Assembly (NCBI RefSeq): GCF_006345805.1
Contig: NC_043001.1
Location: 21,576,001 to 21,640,000, forward strand
DNA from: Octopus sinensis
Taxonomy: Eukaryota
Reading direction: 5' to 3'
DNA length: 64,000 nucleotides
Shown here piece after piece: positions 1-13,704 of the stretch; the first letter of the stretch is position 1; the number at the start of each line of letters is the position of its first letter. The translations under genes were made by a program, and so were the position numbers. Below the pieces are notes generated by a model. It saw only the letters and a list, made by a program, of their open reading frames with translations, was not told where the DNA came from and made no database searches.

Positions 1-211
1 CTGCCATTTTGATTCAGTTGAATTTCTCTCACCCCTCTACTCCATCCCACCGTGATCTTAGTCATAATCACTGAGTAATCGAAAGTGTATGAGACAGTCG
101 TTTACGAGGTGAATGAATGTAAAACATATCAAACGCTATGAACCAAACTATAGTCATGCTGGTATACACATACATACATACATACATACATACGCATACG
201 TGCACACACAG

Positions 212-375
212 ACGCAGGAGTGGCTGTGTGGTAAGTAGCTTGCTTTCCAACTACATGGTTCCGAGTTCAGTCCCACTGCGTGGCACCCTGGGCAAGTGTC
301 TTCTACTATAGCCTCGGGCCGAACAAAGCCTTGTGAGTGGATTTGGTAGGCGGAAACTGAAAGAAGCCCGTCGTA

Positions 376-419
<44 letters not shown>

Positions 420-859
420 GTGAAATAGAAAGATGAATAATCTTGTAGTAGATTAATCAAAAGTTTAACCGATACCTTAGTAGCAAAAATCACAGCAGTA
501 AACAGCACGGTTGGAGGTACAACCATCTGGCGTGCAACCGTGCGTTGGTGCGGATAATTGAAATTAAAACATTATTGGTGAATTGAAGAATGGAGCTGAA
601 CGCAGATTGAACAGAAATCGTTTTATTTCATTCTACACGTGTTTCGAAAGGCACAAATTACCAAAATCCGATTGAATATGGGACCATATTGTGTCTTTCT
701 CTTCAGGAAGAAAAAAGAATCCGTTGGAAACACAAAAACAGAACAGAGGCGGAGCAAAAAACAAATCGAACTGTGCTCCTAAGAGCCCATGGCGAAACTG
801 CGGTAGAAGCTTTGGCTGTTATTTCTAGTGGGTGAATGGCCTATTATGGCCGTTCCTTA

Positions 860-894
<35 letters not shown>

Positions 895-1035
895 GTTTCT
901 TTCTGTGTTCCTTTCTGTAGAAAAGCGTAGGCTCGAAACGTTAAAGACTTTTTCAATTCCCGAGCGTTATACTGATACATCTGTTTGTTTTCTACACCAC
1001 CTGTCTTCGCCATTTTTTTTTTCGTGAATCCTCCC

Positions 1036-1094
<59 letters not shown>

Positions 1095-1165
1095 TTGTGT
1101 GTCTCTGTTTGTCCCCCTAAAATCGCTTGACAACCGATGCTGGTGTGTTTACGTCCCCGTAACTT
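212..1165 (+). mobile_element. tRNA-derived SINE family A, split by nested insertions in its internal (TA)n/(TG)n tract
   Basis: Head GCAGGAGTGGCTGTGTGGTAAG...GGTTCCGAGTTCAGTCCCAC (A/B-box-like) at 212-375; the body resumes at ~1090-1165; the same sequence recurs more than 10 times in the window. Confidence 0.75.
631..709 (-). ncRNA. Minimal type I hammerhead ribozyme motif in a Penelope-like terminal repeat
   Basis: Minus strand reads UUC-CUGAAGA-[GAAAGACACAA...UUGUGCCUUUC stem II]-GAAA-CACGUG-UA-GAA, followed by AATAAA. Confidence 0.65.
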
Positions 1166-1290
1166 GGATTGAACCGAACCATAACTAATCTGCACATCCT
1201 CTGATAACTCACGGATGGTGATTCGACGATTTTCCCTCACATCTGCACGCACATCTGCGATATTTTTCTCAGTTTTGCTGGTTGCGGGTT
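1165..1290 (-). pseudogene. mariner transposase fragment (HTH region)
   Basis: Translation ADVRENRRITIRELSEDVQISYGSVQS; homologous to 48860-49000. Confidence 0.7.
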
Positions 1291-1394
1291 GCTTCTTTCA
1301 TAAAAGATAATGCCAGATCAGTCTCTAGTAATGGTGCCAGTGATGTCGATGAGTAAGAACTCAATACATCTCAACAACAGATGTTAGGCTTAAT

Positions 1395-1784
1395 GTGGAT
1401 GGAAGCACTCCGTCGGTTACGACGACGAGGGTTCCGGTTGATCCGAATCAACGGAACAGCCTGCTCGTGAAATTAACATGTAAGTGGCTGAGCACTCCAC
1501 AGACACGTGTACCCTTGACGTAGTCTCGGGGATATTCAGCGTGACACAGAGAGTGACAAGACCGGCCCTTTGAAATACAGGTACAACAGAAACTGGAAGT
1601 AAGAGTGAGAGAAAGTTGTGGTGAAAGAGTACAGCAGGGATCACCACCATCCCCTGCCGGAGCCTCGTGGAACTTTTAGGTGTTTTCGCTCAATAAACAC
1701 TCACAACGCCCGGTCTGGGAATCGAAACCGCGATCCTATGACCGCGAGTCCGCTGCCCTAACCACTGGGCCATTGCGCCTCCAC
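1395..1784 (-). mobile_element. tRNA-derived SINE family C, full length with TSD
   Basis: Head GTGGAGGCGCAATGGCCCAGTGGTTAGGGCAGCGGACTCGCG...GGTTTCGATTCCC; TSD TTAGGCTTAAT at 1384-1394 and 1786-1796. Confidence 0.85.
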
Positions 1785-2066
1785 ATTAGGCTTAATATGT
1801 CAAATGTAAAACGATTCTGTGAAATTCTCAGAGTTGTTATGCCTGATTTTTTGTTGGACTCAACAGAAGCAAGAAATCGCAGACAAAGACCACATTATTT
1901 GTGCACTGGGTGTCATAGATATACTTAAGACTTCATATTTGTGTAAACTACATACTTATCACTTGTTTAGTTTGTATCAGAAATGGATTAAAACCTGAAT
2001 ACTTGAACAAACGAAATAGAAATTGCTGCAGAGCAATTGAAAATATCATTTGACAATGAACAAATA

Positions 2067-2216
2067 GGCGCAGGAGTGGCTGTGTGGTTCCGGGTTCAGT
2101 CCCACTGCGTGGCACCTTGGGCAAGTGTCTTCTACTATAGCCTCAGGCCGACCAAAGCCTTGTGAGTGCATTTGGTAGACGGAAACTGAAAGAAGCCCGT
2201 CGTATATATGTATATG

Positions 2217-2284
<68 letters not shown>

Positions 2285-2497
2285 TGTGTCTGTGTTTGTC
2301 CCCCCAACATTGCTTGACAACTGATGCTGGTGTGTTTACGTCCCCGTAACTTGCCGGTTCGCCAAAAAACAACCGACAGAATAAGTACTAGGCTTACAAA
2401 GAATAAGTCCTGAGGACGATTTGCTCGACTAAAGGCGGTGCTCCAGCATGGCCTCAGTCAAATGACTGAAACAAGTAAAAGAGTAAAAGAGTAAAGG
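2067..2497 (+). mobile_element. SINE family A
   Basis: Same head and body as other copies, internal (TG)n, tail (GTAAAAGA)n. Confidence 0.85.
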
Positions 2498-3509
2498 AAT
2501 AAATCTGTTTATGATAATTCATTAGTATTTTAACAAATAAGATATATTTCCTACTCTATTTTGTGTTCAAAATCACTGAGTTCAGCTTTACCTTTCATCC
2601 CTCCGGGGTCCATAAATTAGTATCAGTCAGTACTAGGGTCGATTTAATCGACTTATAAAAGTGGCCAGTTACGAGAATCGTTAGCACGCCGGACAAAATG
2701 TTTATCAGCATTTTCGTCCGTCTTTACTTTCTGAGTCCGAATTCCGCAGAGGTCGATTTAATCAACTTACGCCCTTCCCTTCAAAGTTACTCATCTTGTG
2801 TCCAAATTCGAAGCAATTATTTCCTGTTGCTGCGAATCGACATTTTCTTCCCTTATTTTTAAATAAAATATCACAAAACGAATCTTGTGTTATTATATAA
2901 CCCACACATATGTAACAAAAAAAAACTATGCTTTACCGTTGATATGTACTGGAATGTCAGTAACTTATCACCTACGATGTGAATTAGTATGTTCAGATTA
3001 CATAATTTGTTTTTCTCAGCGATTATAAAGAATTAAGTGGAATCGAGTATTAATTTTATACCATATGTCGATGGAAACTTTCCTTCTTAGCAAAGTATTT
3101 AGATTCTTCTGAAAAGAAGCCCAAGATAATAAAAAAAAATCTGCCGAACAAAACAGATGCTAAACTAATCAGCAGAGAGAATTGAAACAAACTAATAGAC
3201 GAAGCCATACGGACACAAATATAATCTAACAAAGCACATCAAATACACAAACCACACATAAAGTGTATCATTTGAATTAAATGCATTCTTTGGATTAGAA
3301 TTAAAAAGATTATGCTTTATCGAAAAATCTTGTAAAGCAGGAAACGAAATTCATTACACAAAACTATAAACCAACGCTAATACACTAAAACAATACAATG
3401 AAATTGAGAATTACAACGATAATAATAAGCCGGGAGGATGTAAGCGTGAAAGTTCTAAACTTCAGACTCCAACTATTACATTGGTCATACAATATGAATG
3501 TATGTTATA

Positions 3510-4500
3510 AAGCGGCGAGCTGGCAAAAACGTTAGCACACCGGGCGAAATGCAAGCAGTATACGTTCTGAGTTCAAATTCCGCCGAGGTCGACTTTGCCT
3601 TTCATCCTTTCGGGGTCGATAAATTAAGTACCAGTTACGCACTAGGGTCGATATAATCGACTTAATCCCTTTGTCTGTCCTTGTTCGTCCCCTCTGCGTT
3701 TAGCCTCTTGTGGGCAATAAGGAAATAAGAAACGTTAGCACGCCGGACAAAATGCTTAGCGATATACGTTCTGAGTTCAAATTCCGCCGAGGTTGACTTT
3801 GCCTTTCATCCTTTCGGGGTCGATTAATTATATACCAGTTACGCACTGGGGTCGATATAATCGACTTAATCTGTTTGTCTGTCCTTGTTTGTCCTCTCTG
3901 TGTTTAGCCCCTTGTGGGTAGTAAAGAAATAGGTATTACGTCTGCCATTTATGTTCTGAGTTCAAATTCCGCCGAGGTCGACTTTGCCTTTCATCCTTTC
4001 GGGGTCGATAAATTAAGTACCAGTTACGCACTGGGGTCGTTGTAATCGACTTAATCCGTTTGTCTGTCCTTGTTTGCCTTCTCTGTGATTAGCCCCTTGT
4101 GGGTAGTAAAGAAATAGGCATTTCGTCTGCCGCTACGTTCTGAGTTCAAATTCCGCCGAGGTCGACTTTGCCTTTCATCCTTTCGGGGTCGATTAAATAA
4201 GTACTTGTTACGCACTGGGATCGATGTAATCGACTTAATCCGTCTGTCTGTCCTTGTTTGTTCCCTCTATGTTTAGCCCCTTGTGGGCAATAAACAAATA
4301 AGAAACGTTAGCACGCCGAGCGAAATGCTTAGCGGTATTTCGTCTGTCTTCACGTTCTGAGTTCAAATTCCGCTGAGGTCGACTTTGCTTTCATCCTTTC
4401 GGGGTCGATAAATTAAGTACCAGTTGCGTACTGGTGTCGATCTAATCAACTGGCCCCCTCCCCAAAAATTTCGGGCCTTGTGTCTAGAGTAAAAAAAAAT
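3510..4500 (+). mobile_element. SINE family B tandem array (about 5 units of ~180-210 bp)
   Basis: Head GCGGCGAGCTGGCA, repeated core GTTCTGAGTTCAAATTCCGCCGAGGTCGACTTTGCCTTTCATCCTTTCGGGGTCGAT, internal tails GCCCCTTGTGGGTAGTAAAGAAAT; the last unit has a different tail. Confidence 0.85.
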
Positions 4501-4643
4501 AGAATATATGTATGTATGTACGTACATACATAATTGTTAGGGACAGAAGCAGTTCCTAATAACAAAAAGCAATCTTTATATCTAACTTAACTTAACATGG
4601 ATGTATTGTTAGAGAGCTGAATACTGCGTTATTAGCCTTGAGA

Positions 4644-4984
4644 TGACCTCTCATATGGACGCTTGGTGCAAAAAAGTACACATATTTATACCGCTGGCAG
4701 ACAAGAATCGTCTGCTACAGGCGCCGAAACTGCCAGATCACCGGATTTCGACGTGCTCCGTCTCCTCAGTGTAAGACGTCTGATAGTCGCCAGATCTTAC
4801 TGCCAGTAATATATGTAATTTCAGTTCCCATTCAAACACTGATGTCACAAATAGTCAACAGGCTAAATAAAATATAATTATTTAGTTTGATCTAGCGGCT
4901 CCCGTGCCCGTAGCAGACGGTTCTTGTCTGCCAGCGATATAAATATGTGAGTTTTTTTGCACCATGCATCCATATGACAGGTCA
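4644..4984. repeat. Foldback element with ~95-bp imperfect inverted arms
   Basis: 4644-4739 is the reverse complement of 4889-4984; the spacer holds a CUGAGGA-GACG..CGUC-GAAA hammerhead-like motif on the minus strand (4740-4772). Confidence 0.7.
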
Positions 4985-5057
4985 AGAAGTTCAAATTTTC
5001 CATACAAAATTTACGCGCTGCTTGTACACATATGTAGATAAACACGTGTTTGCGTAT

Positions 5058-5910
5058 ATACATACATACATACATACATACATACGTACATACATACGTA
5101 CATACATACATACATACATACATACATACATACATACATACATACATACATACATGCATGTATGCATACATACATACATTTTTATGACTGCCCACTCGTT
5201 ATCGAGTATGGCCATTGCACGAAGCTTAACTGTTATTGGTGCTGTGATCGAATGTGGCTTTTTAGCCCAGCTAAAGATCTACAATGTCTTGTACAGAATT
5301 GGCAACTAAAACCTTTACCGGCAATAGCTGGCTGTAGTTGTAACTGGGCTTCGTGTACCTTTGCATGTCGTTAAAGTCCTCCTGCCGAATTACACATACA
5401 TACATACATACATACATACATACATACATACATACATACATACATACATACATACATGATTTTTATTACCCACAAGGGGCTATACACGGAATGGGACAAT
5501 ACAAAACAAGACAAACATAAACTCGGGGAACTTAAAATTCAAAAAGAAGATGAACTAAGACGAACATTTTTTTAAAGAAACGATTGAAAATATGAAAAGA
5601 TATTAATGAGACGCAATGCCCACTCGAACCCCGAAGTCGAGTGGTTACATTTCGACAATATTTTTTAATTTTTTCATTAATGAATTTCACAAAAATTACA
5701 ATTGAATTTTTCTTTTTAGTCTCTCATAGTCTATTATGGTAGGTGGGCTTCCATGTAGCCAATACCATTTCGCCAGTTTTACGTTCTTTGCGAAGCCCTC
5801 CATGAATTTGTCGTAACTCTCCCCTGGTATCATACATACATACATACATACATACATACATACATACATACATACATACATACATACATACTGTGTGTGT
5901 GTGTGTAATG
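5058..5910. repeat. (CATA)n microsatellite interrupted by two unique inserts
   Basis: CATA runs at ~5060-5178, 5395-5456 and 5831-5890 flank inserts 5179-5393 and 5458-5830. Confidence 0.85.
5458..5830 (-). mobile_element. 5'-truncated retroelement 3' end with the GCCCCTTGTGGGTAATAAA..AATC tail
   Basis: Minus strand ends GTGTATAGCCCCTTGTGGGTAATAAAAAATC and joins (ATGT)n; short ORF end IPGESYDKF...RKIQL*. Confidence 0.55.
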
Positions 5911-6377
5911 TATGTATCTGTTAAATTGTGTGTGTATTTCAACTTGCTTAGTGTGGAGAAAGGGGCAATATCCATGACCCTTTGCGGGTTAATATCTGCA
6001 GGAAAGACACAAACAGGAGAAGATTCCTAAGAATCGAATCTCTGGGAAGAAAGGACAGGGAACAGGGGATCGCGGTTATAGTGGTTAAGGGAGGGGTGGC
6101 GAGGATGGGCTAAACACAACAAAGGTGACACGAGATGGAGAAATGAGTGGAACCGGCACGCCTGTGTAATGGGAGTTCGAGATCAACTAGTTCCATGGAG
6201 CAGAGGTCATTATAGTGTGTGTGTGTAAATGTGTGTGTGAATGTGTGCGTGTGTGTGATCGAGTGGTGCCTTTTAATATAGCTAGTTGTTATTGTTTTGG
6301 CATTCAAACAGTAGCGCTCCAGATATGCAAACATTACTCCAGTATAGCTTGCATTAGCTTTTTGTTGACTCTTTTAC

Positions 6378-6426
6378 TTGTTGTCAAGCGATGTTGGGGG
6401 GGACAAACACAGACACACAAACATAT

Positions 6427-6502
<76 letters not shown>

Positions 6503-6666
6503 GATAGGCTTCTTTCAGTTTCCGTCAACCAAATCCACTCACGAGGCTTTGGTCGGCCCGAGGCTATAGTAGAAGATACTTGTCCAAGGTGCCACTTAGT
6601 GGGACTGAACGCGGAACCGTGTGGTTGGTAAGCAAGCTACTTACCACACAGCCACTCCTACGCCTA
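6378..6666 (-). mobile_element. SINE family A (3'-incomplete)
   Basis: Reverse complement of the family A head and body. Confidence 0.8.
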
Positions 6667-7132
6667 CAATGTATTATTTTGAAAACACCAGGATAGTAAA
6701 ACATCCAGCGAGAAAGTCATTATGTCAAAGTAATATTCTTTGATAAGAGAATTGATTCTACCTAGATACATCTTAATTACAGTATATATATATTATTTTA
6801 AATTAGTATAAGTTTATATTGCATTAAAACTATATATCTTCATTGCATCAATATTTAAGCAGAACTTCAGCAAAAAAAAAAAATAGTGTATCGGGAAATA
6901 ATAGGTTGTTGTTGCTGTTGTTGTTTTTTACCAGACGATAATCTTTTCACGAGGCATTGAATTGATGTTAAATTCATGAAGTCAAGTTAACGACGCTTAA
7001 TCGCTTGAACTGTGTATTTTCAACAAAAATTGTAACGCACTTACTATATACATTTATCAGTCAAAATAGTACACTAAAACAGGAAAAAATACAACAGCTG
7101 CATCAAACAGCAAAAATTTAGAGTCAATTAAA

Positions 7133-7306
7133 TGCTGTGTGGTAGGTAGCTTGCTTACCAACCACATGGTTTCGCGTTCAGTCCCACTGCGCGGCACCTT
7201 GGGCAAGTGTCTTCTACTATAGCCTCGGGCTGACCAAAGCCTTGTGAGTGGATTTGGTAGATGGAAACTGAAAGAAGCCCGTCGTATATATGTATGTATA
7301 TATATA

Positions 7307-7372
<66 letters not shown>

Positions 7373-7584
7373 ATGTGTCTGTGTTTGTCCCCTCTCCCAG
7401 CATCGCTTGACAACCGATGCTGGTGTGTTTACGTCCCCGTCACTTAACGGTTCGGCAAAATAGACCGACAGAATAAGTACTAAGCTTACAAAGAATAAGT
7501 CCTGGAGTCGATTTGCTCGACTAAAGGCGGTGCTCCAGCATGGCCGCAATCAAATGACTGAAACCAGTAAAAGAGTAAAGAGTA
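7133..7584 (+). mobile_element. SINE family A
   Basis: Family A body and tail. Confidence 0.85.
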
Positions 7585-8034
7585 ATTCAAATTCGAAGCT
7601 GGAAGTGCTCGAGTTTTTTGGGGGTTTTTTTAATGCTATTAAGACCGTTTTTTGATTTTCTGGAACTCTACTACTCGTAGCTGGTTGATTTTGTCGCCCT
7701 TCCATTCAAACACTTACTCGTATCTCCTTCTTTTGTCACCCGTATTGAGTCAGTATTCCCGGTTCCAGCAATAACCATCATTTCTTCCACAGCAGAGCGT
7801 CATTCCCTTAGAATTCCTCCTCTTGCTTGCATATGTATTTGCTGCAACCACCCATATGCAAGTGTTTAATAAGGTGTTTAACCACAACGATCTCATTGAT
7901 CTCGGTGATCCCTCGACTGCCTCTCTCAAAACTAATCCAATAAAGAATATTTGGCTTCATATGTGGTATGGCTGTTGACCGCACAAGATTGTGAATATTG
8001 ATAAAACCCACTTAACGGTATATTAAAATATATA

Positions 8035-8490
8035 AGGCGGCGAGCTGGCAGAATTGTTAGCACGCCGGGCGAAATGCAGAGTCGTATTTCGTCTGCCGCT
8101 ACGTTCTGAGTTCAAATTCCGCCGAGGTCGATTTTGCCTTTCATCCTTTCGGGGTCGATTAAATAAGTACCAGTTACGCACTGGGGTCAATATAATCGAC
8201 TTAATTCGTTTGTCCTCTCTGTGTTCAGCCCCTTGTGGGTAGTAAAGAAATAAGCATTAAAATATAGGCGGCGGACAGACAGATACGTTAGCACGTCGGG
8301 CGAAATATTTCGTCTGCCGCTACGTTCTGAGTTCAAATTCCGCTGAGATCGACTTTGCTTTTCATCCTTTTGGGGTCGATAAATTAAGTACCAGTCAAGC
8401 ACTGGGGTCGATGCAATGACTTAATACCTATGTCTGTCCATGTTTATCCCCTCTATGTTTATCCCCTTGTGGGTAATAAAGAAATAGGTA
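8035..8490 (+). mobile_element. SINE family B, two tandem copies
   Basis: Two heads/cores, each ending CCCCTTGTGGGTA(G/A)TAAAGAAAT. Confidence 0.8.
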
Positions 8491-10489
8491 TTAAAATGAA
8501 TATACTTTGTATTTTTAAAAAAATACTAATTTTTATAACATGTACTCAAAGTATTTGAAAAATGAGTACATCAAAAATGTTTCCCGAATTTAAAAAAAAT
8601 ACGTCAGTTTGAATGACCAAACAACACAAAAGAAAATACATCTTCAAATTTATCAATTTACGGAAGTCACGGCACAGATACAAGCATTATGGTTGAATAA
8701 TATCAGAGATCAGTCTTCTACATCAATGAATGAGCTAATGTCTTTTGTAATTGCTTATGTTATTAGCTATGTATTTGAGAAAAAATGTCCGAGGATGTTT
8801 AATCTTTATCGAAGAGTCGATCGGAATAAAGGTAGCTTTGCTTTCAAACAAAATCAGATACTTCTTAAATCTGTATCTATAGCAGACATGCACTGCCTAT
8901 TTGATTTAGCAGTTAAAAATACTAATAAATCACTCCCTGCCTAACAAAAGCTATGGCACGAAGGTGTTTTCTTTAATTAAAGCTAAAGTAAATTTATTAA
9001 GCGAGGCAAGCCATAGTTGTTTAGCAAAATGGCGAGTGAAAAGATGGCAACCATTAAAAGTGGTAACAAGTAACAGGAAAAGAATAAAAAAGAATTGAGA
9101 AATGGATATCAAGCCAGAACTACTACTTTTCACTCCTTTAAGTTGATATTTCTAGCTTTAAGTTAAAGAGATTTTCGCCGGAAAGTCAAAGAAATGCTCT
9201 GCTATTAGTGACGGTATTTTTTTTCCCCCACACAAACCGCCATTTCCAACATCGTTTTTCTCTCCTATACATCCTCCCAGCGCCCGCTCTTCTCTTCCTG
9301 TCTACGGACAAAGCATTTTTTAAATTTAATTTCTTTTCTGCAATCCCTTATTAACACTTCAATTTCTTTCCTCCTGTAAATTATTATCCTTTACAGTAAT
9401 TTAATTATCATCTCCTTCGAGTTTTTATTCTTTAAATGAGGTGACAAGATGTCATATCAAATGCTGTTTTCTGCTGTTTGTATAGATCTGTTAATATAGA
9501 TCTTCTAGCTAGCCTTTCTCAAATCTCTCTTCCTTCCATTCTCTTTCTCATTTCCTCACGTACTCATACACGTTTATACATGCGTACAGATACTATTTTT
9601 GTCATAACGTATTCGTTAATGACAAGGAAAAAGAAAAAATATGGCCAAATGAGAAATTGTAGTTATTCATATCGGTGACATTATTCTATTAGAGAAAGGC
9701 TCTTTAATCAGAAACTGCGAAGCTCTAGCAAAGACACGTCTTTTCAACAAGGCATATCCGTTGAAGGATGACCATGTTGCGTCAATAGTTTTTCCGCCGT
9801 CAGCAAATTGTCTAACAATATACTTCCCTCGATTCTCCATTGTTGCTACTTCGTCTTTCCGGACTGGAGCTGACGGCATAAATTAGCAAACCAAACAAAT
9901 TTTTCATAGAGAAAATATAATTAAATGATTTTAAAATTGGTTACTGATTAAATGATAATTAAAATGGCAATCAGAGCCAGCAGCAAACAGGATGAAGAGA
10001 TGTTTTCCTTCATTAAATGTTAGCCGAGTTATCTGAAAACACTGAGACCAGACTAGGATTTATGCAATTCATTTAAATTACACCCTAAACAGAAAAAAAT
10101 GCATCTATACGAGATTACGATCTTTTTGTATCATAATAGATTGCATTTGATTCTTAAATACAGAGGATAATATCAATAAAATATAATAAAGTCTGTTCTT
10201 TTGTGTTTCTTTTTCTTTCGTTTTTTTTTCCAAGCAGAGGGCGTAGTAGTCATATACCACGCAATAAATAACATGGATTATAATGTAATGCATAATAATA
10301 GCTATTTAGGCCCAATATACTTCTATATGTGTGCACAAACTCTCTCTCACAACCACATACTCACACACAAGTTATATAGTTATATATACATACCCACACA
10401 TATATACACATGTACATATTTATGTGTGCGTGTGTGTGTATACATACATATATATATGTATATATACATATATACACATATGTATGTGT

Positions 10490-10880
<391 letters not shown>

Positions 10881-11098
10881 CCAATTCGGAAGGAAAGTCA
10901 GAGTAGACTATCAACTTTTGATTTAATGAATATGTGTATCCACGTATGGATTTCTATAACAGATAATGTCTGCACTTCATAAAATATAGTTGAATAAACT
11001 TTACATTTTTTGCATTATGCAGGCATACATGTATGTATGTACGTATGTATGCACGCATGCATATATGTACGTTTGTATGTTGATATGTATGTGTGTGA

Positions 11099-11480
11099 GG
11101 GCGGCGAGCTGGCAGAATCGTTAGCACACGGGCGAAATGCTTTGCTGTACTTCGTCTGCCGCTAGATTCTGAGTTCAAATTCCGCCGAGGTCGACTTTGC
11201 CTTTCATCCTCTCGGGGTCGATGTAATCGACTTGATCCGTTTGTCTGTCCTTGTTTGTCCTCTCTGTGTTTAGCCCCTTGTGGGTAGTAAAGAAATAGGT
11301 ATTTCGTCCGCCGTTACGTTCTGAGATCAAATTCCGCCGAGGTCGACTTTGCCTTTCATCCTTTCGGGGTCGATAAATTAAGTACCAGTTACGCACTGGG
11401 CTCAATGTAATCGTCTTAATCTGTTTGTCTATCCTTGTTTGTCCCCTCTATGTTTAGCCCCTGTGGGCAACAAAGAAATA
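11099..11480 (+). mobile_element. SINE family B, two tandem units
   Basis: Head plus two cores with the shared tail. Confidence 0.8.
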
Positions 11481-12496
11481 GATATGTATATACGTGTGTA
11501 TATGTATGTGTGTATAGACGCACATATATATATATATGTATGCATGTTGATATGTATATATCAAGAATACATGTATATATGTATGAAACCAATGAGAGAA
11601 TGTATGCATATATTTAAAGACATCGCCAAAAATATCCAATAAGAATTACATACAACTGATACTACAAGAGTCTCGTTAAAATTCCACTGAATTACAATTT
11701 AATTCTACAGCAATCGACACAAATTCGATAGATGGCCCTCAAAATATATGTTCAAGAGGCGATGTGTGCACATATTGCCTGGCAATGTTTACATGTGTAA
11801 GTGTATGTATTTGTACCTCGTTCTTTCCTTTAAAAAATAATTGTTTTAAAAATCATAACGCGTTCCAATTATACCACACACACTGCTTACGGCTATTGAT
11901 TTAAAAGTCGTCTCGTTGAATTGTTTAGACAGAAACATTTTCAAATTTTTCCAGAAGTATCTGCATGAGAAAAAATTGAATAAACAGTTAAGTGCAGGCT
12001 ATAATACTTTGGTGAATCGAGCGTAATTTTTAATTAATTATGATTAAAATTCTAATGAACAGAAAAGTCATCGATGCTAATGAAAATTATTCTCAGAAGA
12101 AAAGGAAAGAAATTGCAAAATTTCAATTGGTCAATAGATATTTTTAAAACGGAGATGGAATGGGAGATGTCAGATTCATGTCAACTACGGTAAAAACTTA
12201 GGACATATTTCAGTCTTATTGGACCTCTACAGGAAAGCATAGGCAACTCAGTGACTGCCAAGATCTTAGAACGACTAATAGTTACAATCTGTGTGTGAGT
12301 AAGTGTGTATGTGTGTCTTTATATCTGTGTTTCTCCCCTTTCTATCGTTTGACAACCGGTGTTGGCATGTTTACGTCACATAGAGTAAGTACCTGGCATA
12401 ACAAAAATTAGTACTATGGTCGATTCATCCGACTACAGTTCTTCAAAGCAGTGCCCCAGAATGATCGCAGCCTAATGACGAAAATTATATTTTTAA

Positions 12497-12749
12497 AAAA
12501 TGCGTCCTTTTTAAAGCATAGCCAGGCTCATGGGTCCGGTTTCCCGGTTTCAATGGCGTATGTGTTCCCCAGCTGGACGGGACGCCAGTCCATCGCATCG
12601 TTACTCATTTTTGCCAGCTGAGTGGACTGGAGCAACGTGAAATGAAGTGTTTTGCTCAAGAACACAACGCGACGCCCGGTCCAGGAATCGAAACCACAAT
12701 CTTACGATCATGATGCTGACACCCTAACCACAAAACCACGCGCCTCCAC
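12497..12749 (-). mobile_element. tRNA-derived SINE with GCGATGGACTGGCGTCCCGTCCAG 3' domain
   Basis: tRNA-like head GTGGAGGCGCGTGG...GGTTTCGATTCC; 3' part shared with 13870-13980. Confidence 0.7.
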
Positions 12750-13337
12750 AATGACGAAAACTCGTAAAAGATAAAATGTAAATGGTTATTATGCTTCTAC
12801 GTGTTTTATTGCTTACTGTTACCTTTTCTTTGTTTGCTATTTAATGCTTATTATTTGAGTTACCGTTATTACTGCTGAAACTTAGAATTCTACAATTATA
12901 ACAACGAACTATAAATTTGGTTTGTATCTATGTAAAATATTCTAACTGTTTCAATCGATTAATTCTCTCTCACTTTGCTGTTGTCTTTAAAATATTGACT
13001 GGGGTCTTTCTTTAAGGTCTGGTTCCAAAACCGGCGTGCAAAATGGAGGAAACGAGAAAAGCACCTACCATGTAACTTATTAGGGTGTCCCACCTCAGCC
13101 TACTCTGCACAAACAGCAACACAACATCATTACGGCCTTTTGGTAAGTAACACCGATCGCAATCTATTTAATTTTTTAAAAATTATTTCTGCTTTGTATT
13201 TGTTTTGCGGGATTCTTAATGTGAAATCGTGAGTTGAAACAGGTTTTCTGGTATTTCGGAGGGGATCACCTAGCCCAATAATAAACATAGACACTGGTTA
13301 TATTCCAACTGCATAATTATTATTAATTAGTAAGTTA

Positions 13338-13690
13338 AGGCAATGAGCTGGCAGTATCGTTAGCACGCCGGGCAAAATGCTTAGCGGTATTTCGTCCGTC
13401 CTGACGTTCTGAGTTCAAATTCCGCAGGGGTCGACTTTGCTTTTCATCCTTTTGGGGTCGATTAAATAAGTACCAGTTACGCACTGGGATCGATATAATT
13501 GATTTAATCCGTTTGTCTGTCCTTGTTTGTCCTATCTGTGTTTAGCCCCTTGCGGCTTGTAAAGAAATAGCTATTTCGTCCGTCTTTAAGTTCTGAGTTC
13601 TATTGACCCCCGAAAGGGGATAATAAGATAAGAACCAGTTGAGTACTGGGGTCGATATGAACTTGCTGGCTTTGTGCCGAAATTTGAAAC
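13338..13690 (+). mobile_element. SINE family B plus a degenerate second unit
   Basis: Family B head, core and tail. Confidence 0.75.
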
Positions 13691-13704
13691 CATTATTAGT
13701 CAAT

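Noticed and set aside
1700-1784. tRNA gene
   Set aside because: The tRNA-like segment is the head of a multi-copy SINE with TSDs; no complete cloverleaf evident
9667-9879. 70-aa non-repetitive ORF
   Set aside because: No recognisable motif or convincing splice sites
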